The translations under genes and the position numbers were made by a program. Positions 57,104-64,000 of a stretch of 64,000 nucleotides of DNA are shown here, piece by piece (positions within the stretch are counted from its first letter, which is position 1; each line of letters opens with the position of its first letter). Source of the stretch: Candidatus Moranbacteria bacterium GW2011_GWC2_40_12 (GTDB lineage Bacteria; Patescibacteriota; Minisyncoccia; Moranbacterales; UBA11712); NCBI GenBank assembly GCA_000995965.1, contig LBYD01000001.1, positions 76,923-140,922 on the forward strand, in the 5' to 3' direction. The notes under the pieces are model-generated. The model was given only the letters and a program-made list of their open reading frames with translations, searched no databases and had not been told where the DNA came from.

Positions 57104-57177
57104 TCCGGGATCGTCTAATGGTAGGACGCCTGACTCTGGATCAGGTAATCTTGGTTCGAATCCAAGTCCCGGAGCCA
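57104..57177 (+). tRNA. tRNA-Gln (anticodon CTG)
   Basis: Cloverleaf: acceptor TCCGGGA/TCCCGGA with U1-A72, discriminator G73 and encoded CCA. Anticodon arm is CCTGA-CTCTGGA-TCAGG. T arm is CTTGG-TTCGAAT-CCAAG. Confidence 0.75.
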
Positions 57178-57354
57178 CATTGTATGTTCAGCGTTTTCCA
57201 CTATGCCATTAAAGAGTGTTTAACCTCAAATAAAAGGTTATTGACTTGTAAAGAAAAATTCTGAAGTAAGAAACCCATCAGTTGGGTTTTTTTGGTTCGA
57301 AAATTTGGAATAAGTCCCAAGACTGTAGAACAATATTCTGGTATACTCATATAT

Positions 57355-58170
57355 ATGAAAAAAAACATTCTCATTGTCCTTGTTTTGGTTATTTTCATTG
57401 CTTTTGCATGGTGGCACTTCACTGCCACTGAAGACGAAAGAACTGGCTCGCAAAAAAACAATCAGCCAACGCTTTCCGACTATTCAACCGCGCCTGCCGA
57501 CAATGTCACTGCACCTGCAAAAAAAGTCAGGTGGAACTTTGATGGCGAAGAGTATGCTCCTTCCGGGACGCCCCGGGCATGCCCTGATCCGCTTGAGATC
57601 GAATCGCCCGTTGATGTTTCAAAAGCGTCTTCGATCCTGTATCCGGGCCAATACCGCGGTGATGATTTTAAGGCGCACGGCGGATTTAGGTTTGATGGGT
57701 ATCGGAGCGACGCCATAACCGTCACAGTGCCTCTGGATGCCCGGCTGCAAGACGCGAGCCGGTATATTGAGGATGGGCAGGTTCAATATTTATTTGATTT
57801 TATCCATGACTGCGGCATCATGTACCGATTTGATCATCTGGCAACCCTAACTCCGCGATTTGAGGCGTATGCCCGGCAATTGCCTGAAGCGAAAGTGAAT
57901 GATTCACGAACGACCCTGTTTCCCGATGATGTGTACGTCACGACGGGCGATGTCATCGCAACCAGCGTCAATCGGGAGGGTAATGTATTTGTCGATTTCG
58001 GCGTGTATGATCTGCGCCAAAAAAATGGCATAACCATTGATGAAAAAAATTCGTTGGCGAGACATGGCATCTGTTGGTTTGACCTGCTGCCCGCTTCAGA
58101 CGCGCAGAGAGTAAAATCATTACCTGCCAGCGATGAACGGTCAGGCGCGAAGAGTGAGTATTGCAGGTAA
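57355..58170 (+). CDS. Secreted/membrane-anchored hypothetical protein; GC-rich relative to surroundings
   Basis: Start at MKKNILIVLVLVIFIAFAWW (signal/TM). -10 tatact lies 7 nt upstream. Codon composition is visibly GC-richer (about 50%). Confidence 0.5.
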   Translation: MKKNILIVLVLVIFIAFAWWHFTATEDERTGSQKNNQPTLSDYSTAPADNVTAPAKKVRWNFDGEEYAPSGTPRACPDPLEIESPVDVSKASSILYPGQYRGDDFKAHGGFRFDGYRSDAITVTVPLDARLQDASRYIEDGQVQYLFDFIHDCGIMYRFDHLATLTPRFEAYARQLPEAKVNDSRTTLFPDDVYVTTGDVIATSVNREGNVFVDFGVYDLRQKNGITIDEKNSLARHGICWFDLLPASDAQRVKSLPASDERSGAKSEYCR

Positions 58171-58190
58171 ACCACCGTAACATTCGATTT

Positions 58191-59027
58191 ATGAAAAAAA
58201 CAAAACAACCAAAAATCGGTCTGGCTTTGGGTAGCGGAGCGGCGAGGGGTCTCGCCCACATTGGCGTGATAAAAGTCTTGGAAGAGAATAACATTCCAAT
58301 CGACTGCGTTGCCGGCTCCAGTATCGGCGCCGTGATTGGCGGCCTTTGGGCGTCAGGGCTGGGCATAGCAGAAATTGAAAAAATTGTTTTGGATATGACC
58401 AATCGGGATGTGTTCTCTTTGGTCGATCCTCGCATGGGGAAAGGATTTATAAAGGGAGAAAGGATAAAATCTTTCATTGAAAGCAACTTGGTGGCCAAAA
58501 ACTTCGAGGATTGCCGGGTGCCGTTTGCGGCCACCGCGACTGACATAAAAACAGGCGAAATCGTGGTTCTTCGCAGCGGGAATATAGCCGATGCCATTCG
58601 AGCCAGCATTTCCATGCCATTGGTTTTTCAACCGGTGGAAAAGGACGGAAAAACATTGGTTGATGGAGGAGTGGGAGCGCCGGTTCCGGTTGAAATTGTG
58701 CGAAAAATGGGCGCGGATATTGTTATTGCCGTCAATTTAGACAAACACTATGTGGATGATAATTGGCGATCCGGCCTGTTGGACATCGCCCATGATTCGA
58801 TGAATATCATGCGCCATTATTTATCCTTTTATCAATCAAAAGAAGCGGATATCGTCATAAATTTAGATTTGGGATCCAACAAATGGTATGATTTTGTGAA
58901 CGGACAAAATAAAATTCTGGCCGGTGAAAAAATGATGAAAAAAGAAATACCTTCTCTCAAAGAACTTATTCGCTCGAAAAGGAAAAGCAATCTCGGAAAA
59001 TTGTTTGATTTTTTTAAGAATGTTTAA
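58191..59027 (+). CDS. Patatin-like phospholipase
   Basis: GLALGSGAARGLAHIGV is the oxyanion GxGxxG motif. AGSSIGA is the GxSxG nucleophile. VDGGV is the catalytic Asp. Confidence 0.7.
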   Translation: MKKTKQPKIGLALGSGAARGLAHIGVIKVLEENNIPIDCVAGSSIGAVIGGLWASGLGIAEIEKIVLDMTNRDVFSLVDPRMGKGFIKGERIKSFIESNLVAKNFEDCRVPFAATATDIKTGEIVVLRSGNIADAIRASISMPLVFQPVEKDGKTLVDGGVGAPVPVEIVRKMGADIVIAVNLDKHYVDDNWRSGLLDIAHDSMNIMRHYLSFYQSKEADIVINLDLGSNKWYDFVNGQNKILAGEKMMKKEIPSLKELIRSKRKSNLGKLFDFFKNV

Positions 59028-59260
59028 ATTTAAACAATTTTCCGTAAGGATACTTTTTGGAAATTGATTAAAAATTCAGACGGCGCGCCAGCTCCGCTGG
59101 CACGAAATTCGGCGACGGCGGAAAAGCGAAAGCAGGCAAAAATTCCTTCCCCCAACCCCTTTTCTTTTTGCCCGCCCGAGCGTAAAAGTTTTTCAAAATT
59201 CAGCGTTCGGATTTTCGCTAAAAAAAGTTCGGATTTCGTTCAGCGTTCGGAGCCAAATTT

Positions 59261-59818
59261 ATGAAATATAAATTCTGCCCAAAATGTGGAGGAAGATTGA
59301 AAATAAAGAAAGCTGCTTTTCCAAGGTTTTGGTGTTTGGATTGCGAATTTGTTTTCTACCAAAATTCGAAACCAACAGCAAGCGCCTTAATAATCGATGG
59401 AGATAAAGTGTTGCTTGGAAAAAGAAGGATCAATCCTTCAAAGGGAAAATGGGATATTATCGGCGGATTTTTGGAAGATGGAGAACATCCCGAAGCTGGA
59501 ATGAAAAGAGAAGTCCTGGAGGAAAGCGGTCTCAGAGTCCGTGTTATCGACAGACTTGATTTTATAATGGATACCTACGGAGCAGAAAAAGAATCAACTC
59601 TTAATATTACATACATTGTGAAAATTAGGAGCGGCAAAATGAAACCGGGCGACGATATTTCAGAACTGCGATGGTTCAGTATTGGAAAATATCCTAAAAA
59701 TATTGCATTCAAAAATGGGAAGCAAATGCTTCGGGATTTGAAAAGGTGGTATTCGAAAAGAAATATATATGTTCGAAGTTTTCCTCACAGCCCCAGAATA
59801 AAAAAATTACGTAACTAG
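59261..59818 (+). CDS. NUDIX hydrolase with N-terminal zinc ribbon (NudC-like architecture)
   Basis: CPKCGG...CLDCEF is the Zn ribbon. GGFLEDGEHPEAGMKREVLEESGL is the Nudix box. Confidence 0.7.
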   Translation: MKYKFCPKCGGRLKIKKAAFPRFWCLDCEFVFYQNSKPTASALIIDGDKVLLGKRRINPSKGKWDIIGGFLEDGEHPEAGMKREVLEESGLRVRVIDRLDFIMDTYGAEKESTLNITYIVKIRSGKMKPGDDISELRWFSIGKYPKNIAFKNGKQMLRDLKRWYSKRNIYVRSFPHSPRIKKLRN

Positions 59819-59828
59819 TTACGTAATT
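59805..59828. terminator. Perfect 24-bp palindrome AATTACGTAACTAGTTACGTAATT (hairpin terminator, likely for the convergent ftsEX transcript)
   Basis: The palindrome contains the NUDIX stop codon. It is flanked by an A7 run on the + strand, which is a T7 run on the - strand. Confidence 0.5.
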
Positions 59829-59853
59829 GGTGCTGCACGGCAAGATAATTTAT

Positions 59854-60765
59854 TTACACCTTCAAATATCTCCTGATCGCGAGGATACTGCTGATGATAC
59901 CCAAAAAAACACCCACAAAAAGCTGGGCAATGAAGATCAAAACGAAATATCTGATGAAATCAGCCTGAATGATCTGAACATACGCCGAACCGACGACGTA
60001 GGGAGTGACAACTTTCATGATCGGATAAAGAAGAATAATCGAAATAACAGCCGCGAAAATTCCATAAATTACGCCCTCGAAAACAAAGGGCAGGCGAATG
60101 AAATTGTTTGAAGCCCCGACGAGCCGCATTATTTCAATTTCCGTTCCGTGGTTGAAAATTGTCATCCGGATGACGTTGAAAGTGATGAGAATCGCGATAA
60201 GGGAAAATAAAACGAAAAGAAACGCCCCGGTCTTTCGGATCGTTTTGATGGTCGTATTGAAGCGGTCAATAACAAGCTTATATTGCTGGTAGTTGATGCT
60301 GGCTATATTGTCCCGATAGCTTGAATTCTCAACCGATTTGGCAATAATATCATATTGCTCCGGGTTTGCGGCTTTGATGTTCACGGAGGCAAGAAGCGGA
60401 TTTTCTTCGACGGCCTCGACAGCTTTCAGGATGTCGGGTTTTCCGGCATTGGCAGCCTTGAAATCATCGAGGGCTTTGTTCTTCGAAATATATTCGGCGG
60501 CCTTGACTTCCTTGTATTTTTGAATTTCGGAACGAAAAGCCATTATGTCCTGCTCCTCAACATTGCCTTTGAAATAAACTCGAATATCAATCTTATCCTG
60601 GACATACTTGAGTCCCATATTAGCACTGATAGAAATAACCAGGATAACGCTGATGATGAGAAGCGCCAGCGTCAGAATACTGACCGCCGCCACAGTCAAA
60701 GACCCATTTCGAAAGAAATTTTGAAAACCGGACTTGAAAGTTCTGGTGAGAGTCAAAATTATCAT
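59854..60765 (-). CDS. ftsX: Cell division ABC transporter permease FtsX
   Basis: Four TM helices with a large extracytoplasmic loop. Translationally coupled to ftsE by an ATGA overlap. Confidence 0.8.
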   Translation of the reverse strand: MIILTLTRTFKSGFQNFFRNGSLTVAAVSILTLALLIISVILVISISANMGLKYVQDKIDIRVYFKGNVEEQDIMAFRSEIQKYKEVKAAEYISKNKALDDFKAANAGKPDILKAVEAVEENPLLASVNIKAANPEQYDIIAKSVENSSYRDNIASINYQQYKLVIDRFNTTIKTIRKTGAFLFVLFSLIAILITFNVIRMTIFNHGTEIEIMRLVGASNNFIRLPFVFEGVIYGIFAAVISIILLYPIMKVVTPYVVGSAYVQIIQADFIRYFVLIFIAQLFVGVFLGIISSILAIRRYLKV

Positions 60766-61457
60766 ATGGCGTAGCGTCCTTTGCTATGATCCCTGATTAT
60801 TCTTCCTTGATCAAGGGTAATGACGCGTCTTTTGATATTATTGACGACTTCCTTGTCATGAGTGGCTAGAACCACTGTTGTTCCCAGTTTATTAATTTTC
60901 ATAAGCAGCTGGATAATTCCCCAAGCGCTGATCGGGTCAAGATTTCCAGTCGGCTCATCGGCGATAATGAGGGCCGGACGGTGAACAAGCGCCCGGGCGA
61001 TCGCCACCCGTTGCTTCTCACCGCCGGAAATTTCATGGGGATAGTTTTCCGCCTTGTTTGATAATCCCACAATTTCAAGAATTTGGGGAACGCTTTTCCG
61101 GATTTCGCTGTTTGGATAACCCGAAACTTCGAGTGCAAAAGCAACATTTTCAAAGACTGTCTTTTTTTGGAGGAGCTTATAATCCTGAAATACCGTTCCG
61201 ATACGGCGGCGATGGAGAGGCATCCCTTTCGGTTTTATGTGTGTTATGTCCTCCCCGTTGAACAATACTTCTCCCGACGAAGGTTTTTCTTCGGCATATA
61301 TCATTTTCAATATTGTTGACTTTCCCGCTCCGCTGTGGCCGACAAAAGAAACAAACTCTTTCTCATCAATGGAAAAACTGACATCATCAAGAGCGCAAGT
61401 GTTCATTATGCCGCCTGTGTATATTTTTTTTACGCTTTTAAATTCAATCATTGACAT
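60762..61457 (-). CDS. ftsE: Cell division ABC transporter ATP-binding protein FtsE
   Basis: GHSGAGKST is the Walker A. LSGGEKQRVAIARAL is the ABC signature. IIADEPTGNLD is the Walker B. Confidence 0.9.
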   Translation of the reverse strand: MSMIEFKSVKKIYTGGIMNTCALDDVSFSIDEKEFVSFVGHSGAGKSTILKMIYAEEKPSSGEVLFNGEDITHIKPKGMPLHRRRIGTVFQDYKLLQKKTVFENVAFALEVSGYPNSEIRKSVPQILEIVGLSNKAENYPHEISGGEKQRVAIARALVHRPALIIADEPTGNLDPISAWGIIQLLMKINKLGTTVVLATHDKEVVNNIKRRVITLDQGRIIRDHSKGRYAI

Positions 61458-62533
61458 TTTTCAGGTATGCTTCAATGAAATCTTCAATTTTCCCCTCAAG
61501 CACCTCGTTTGGATTTTTTGATTCGAATTTTGTGCGGTGGTCTTTGACGAGCTTGTAGGGATGCAGAATATAGGAACGAATCTGACTTCCCCACTGGACT
61601 TCGGCGTGTTTTCCTTTCAGTTTTTTTTCTTTGTCTTCTTGCTCTTTGAGATTTTTTTGATTCAGCTTGGCCTTGAGTATTTTCATCGCCTGCTCTCTGT
61701 TTTGCAGCTGGCTGCGTTCGCTTTGAGAACTGGAAGAGAGGCCAGTTGGAATATGGGTAATGCGAACCGCGCTTGAAGTTTTGTTCACATGCTGGCCACC
61801 GGCTCCTCCCGCTCTGAATGTGTCGATTCTCAAATCAGCGGGATTGATTTCGACATTTTCTATTTTATCAATTTCGGGCAAAATTTCAACTAGCGCAAAC
61901 GAAGTTTGCCGGAGATTATTGGAATTAAATGGCGACAAACGCACCAATCGGTGCACGCCCGCTTCTGCCTTGAGGTGTCCGTAGGCCGATATGCCGTCAA
62001 TCTCTATTGTCGCGCTTTTTATTCCCGCTTCCTGGCCTCGCGTTGAGGAAACAATCTTTGCTTTCCATTTTTTTCTTTCGGCGTAACGGAGATACATCCG
62101 AAGAAGCATCTCTGCCCAGTCCTGAGCGTCTGTCCCTCCTGTTCCGCTGTGGATAAATAGTATGGCATTGCGGCGATCATATTTGCCTTGAAACAGCTTT
62201 CTAATTTCGATTTTTTCAACTTTATTTTTGATTTCCGGCAGTTTTTTCAATATTTCTTCCTTAAGCTCGTCATCATCGCCGGCGATTTGGGCCATTTCCC
62301 AAAGATTGGTTATTTCCGCTTCCAGTTCATTTGCCTCGCGGGATTCATTTCGCAGAGTTTCGAGTTCCTGCATTATTTTTTTGGCTGTTTCGGCATCCTG
62401 CCAGAAATTTTTCCGCTTTGTTTGTTTTTCAAGCTCTTGAATTCTTTTGTTCTTTTCCAGCAAGTCAAAGACGGTCACCCGCGAGGATGATTTTATTTTT
62501 CAAATCTTCGATTATCGCAATAATTTCTTTCAT
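61444..62533 (-). CDS. prfB: Peptide chain release factor 2, with programmed +1 ribosomal frameshift
   Basis: The SPF and GGQ motifs are present. A 22-codon upstream ORF (MKEIIAIIEDLKNKIILAGDRL) ends at CTT TGA C (about 62464..62470). The main frame continues +1 as DLLEKNKRIQ.... Confidence 0.85.
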
Positions 62534-62603
62534 TGAAGTTATTTTAACACAATTGATATTATGTTGCCAGATTCACAATAGTTGGTATAATTTGTTTGTG
62601 CGC

Positions 62604-62674
62604 GCGGGTGTAGTATAGTGGTAATACACGACCTTCCCAAGGTTGAGTTGTGGGTTCGATTCCCATCACCCGCT
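62604..62674 (+). tRNA. tRNA-Gly (anticodon CCC)
   Basis: Acceptor is GCGGGTG/CACCCGC. Anticodon arm is CGACC-TTCCCAA-GGTTG. T arm is GTGGG-TTCGATT-CCCAT. CCA is not encoded. Confidence 0.7.
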
Positions 62675-62755
62675 TAATATTTTATACAAGCCGATGTAGC
62701 TCCCGCCGACGCTAAAGCTTTGGCGGGCAAGGCAGTTGGCGGAAAAATAAAATAA

Positions 62756-62827
62756 GCCGGAATAGCTCAGTGGTAGAGCAGCGCTTTCGTAAAGCGAAGG
62801 TCGCGAGTTCGACTCTCGCTTCCGGCT
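62756..62827 (+). tRNA. tRNA-Thr (anticodon CGT)
   Basis: Acceptor is GCCGGAA/TTCCGGC. D arm is GCTC-AGTGGTA-GAGC. Anticodon loop is TTCGTAA. T arm is GCGAG-TTCGACT-CTCGC. Confidence 0.7.
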
Positions 62828-62913
62828 CAAATGATGTGGGGGGTAAACTCTGGTCCGCGTTTTTTGCCTGCCGAAGCTTTAGCGGAGGAGGGCGATCCCG
62901 CGCATCGGCTCTA

Positions 62914-62947
62914 AAAAACTCGGTCGCGCAAAAACCGAGTTTTTTTG
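62914..62947. terminator. Bidirectional rho-independent terminator
   Basis: aaaaaACTCGGTcgcgcaaaaACCGAGTttttttt lies between the tRNA operon (+) and the convergent ppiC-like gene (-). Confidence 0.6.
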
Positions 62948-62966
62948 ACTTATTTTCACCAAGTGA

Positions 62967-63986
62967 TTAGAAGAAAACGGACGGATCCCCTTGCGAATTG
63001 ACATCCAAATTGCTTTCAAAATCAATCATATCTTTGTTTTTGAATTCAATTCTGGCCTTTTCCGCGTTCCATTGATAGTCCTTCAAAAAAACCGCCACGT
63101 CGTATTTTTTCATCTGATCCAGAAGCCAATCACCGAAAGTGACTGTTTTCACGAAAATTTGGCGTATGCGGACGAGATTTTCTCCTTCTTCAATTTTCTT
63201 TTCTTCCAGTTTTATAATGTGAAATCCGAGAGAACTTCTTATTACCGGACTAATCTCACCGACTTGCATAGAAAAAGCTTTCTCGGAAATTTCGGGAACA
63301 AGCTGGCTCTCAGTCGACCAACCAAGATCCCCGCCGTTTTTCGCGCTTTCTCCCTCTGAAGTTTCCGTTGCGACTTTGGCAAAATCTTCTTTTTTCGAGG
63401 CAACTCTTTCGCGGAGCGAATTTGCCTTCGCCTCTTGTTCGGCAATATCTATTTCATTTTTATAAATTTCGGACAGCTTGCCGGCATATAGTTCCGGCTT
63501 CACGACTTTTTTCTTGAAATCATCTAAGCTCCAGCCATAAAGACGGGCCAAATCACTCATCAGGTTCTGGCGGTTGCCGAATTCATCTATGCTTGAGTTT
63601 ACCTGCTGATCTACGATCGCATCTGTTATACTAATGTCCCTTTTTTCCGCCAAAGCAATAACAATCTTGTTTTCTACCAGCTTATTGATAATTCCCTTTT
63701 CCGTCACCTTAAGCCTTTTTTCGCCCTGTTCGGTGCTGAAATCAACGCGCATTCCGACTTTGTCAAAGTCTTGAGATTCATAGAATTTCCTTATCGCCTG
63801 ATTATCTTCCTTGATTTCATCAATATTTATAAAGCCAGCTCCCTTTATATATAAGGCTGGGAAAGGAATGGCGTTTTCCGCGGTTTTTAGGAGACGATTA
63901 TCCCAATCAGAGCGGTATACCCCAAAAATAAGAGCGGCTAAGGTCAAAAAAATAAGGAGTGCGGCGAGGAATATCCAAATCGCCAA
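62967..63986 (-). CDS. Membrane-anchored parvulin-type peptidyl-prolyl isomerase (PrsA/SurA-like)
   Basis: N-terminal TM. The parvulin domain carries GGDLGWSTESQLVPEISEKAFSMQVGEISPVIRSSLGFHIIKL. Confidence 0.65.
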   Translation of the reverse strand: MAIWIFLAALLIFLTLAALIFGVYRSDWDNRLLKTAENAIPFPALYIKGAGFINIDEIKEDNQAIRKFYESQDFDKVGMRVDFSTEQGEKRLKVTEKGIINKLVENKIVIALAEKRDISITDAIVDQQVNSSIDEFGNRQNLMSDLARLYGWSLDDFKKKVVKPELYAGKLSEIYKNEIDIAEQEAKANSLRERVASKKEDFAKVATETSEGESAKNGGDLGWSTESQLVPEISEKAFSMQVGEISPVIRSSLGFHIIKLEEKKIEEGENLVRIRQIFVKTVTFGDWLLDQMKKYDVAVFLKDYQWNAEKARIEFKNKDMIDFESNLDVNSQGDPSVFF

Positions 63987-64000
63987 ATTTTTTGATTTTT

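Noticed and set aside
59064-59264. 66-aa ORF in the GC-rich NUDIX upstream spacer
   Set aside because: It has low-complexity Pro/Ala-rich translation and no RBS. The region is better explained as a structured or regulatory non-coding region.
1-64000. Search for transposases, integrases, phage genes, toxin-antitoxin pairs and CRISPR arrays
   Set aside because: None was recognised by motif. The only mobile-like signatures are the GIY-YIG/tRNA-Gln locus and the GC-rich patatin islet, both reported as findings.

Overview
This is a 64 kb, gene-dense, AT-rich stretch (roughly 38-40% GC by eye) with short intergenic spacers and frequent overlapping start/stop codons. Short proteins, Gram-positive-type wall genes (LCP, TagA-like) and a high glycosyltransferase load point to a small-genome, uncultivated monoderm bacterium, possibly Patescibacteria/CPR-like; that placement is inference only.

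The window is dominated by a cell-surface glycan or glycoprotein biosynthesis island in two blocks.
- Block 1 (10..19619) holds a complete ADP-heptose pathway (gmhA, hldA, gmhB, hldC as separate genes), a GT2-GT9 heptosyltransferase-like fusion, a Ser/Thr/Asp-rich decapeptide-repeat surface protein, an SDR epimerase, and three pairings of a polyprenyl-phosphate-sugar synthase (GT2) with a polytopic GT-C-type transferase. It also carries GT4 and GT2 transferases and a TagA-like GT26.
- Block 2 (31417..49530) holds an LCP ligase, another GT2, four more GT4s, an O-antigen-ligase/Wzy-like protein, a Wzx-like flippase and a further large membrane protein.

Housekeeping genes are interspersed: gltX, iscS-iscU, rpmA, pyrG, rplI, ctpA, rpoD, tmk, rtcB, thpR, folD, priA, def-fmt, groES, ftsEX and prfB with its +1 frameshift. 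tRNA-Gln, tRNA-Gly and tRNA-Thr are also present.

The most notable oddities are:
- rpoD carries a roughly 300-aa C-terminal extension with a 2 x 162-bp in-frame tandem repeat and a second sigma-region-4-like HTH.
- The 46-nt 5-prime half of tRNA-Gln is duplicated upstream of a YhbQ-like GIY-YIG nuclease gene, with two GC-rich hairpins, all downstream of one promoter.
- A GC-rich 1.7-kb islet after tRNA-Gln encodes a secreted protein and a patatin-like phospholipase.
- PriA has a degenerate Walker A/B.
- An ATTCGTAAT/TACGAAT motif recurs 3-8 nt upstream of several start codons and across gene ends.

No CRISPR array, transposase or integrase was recognised.
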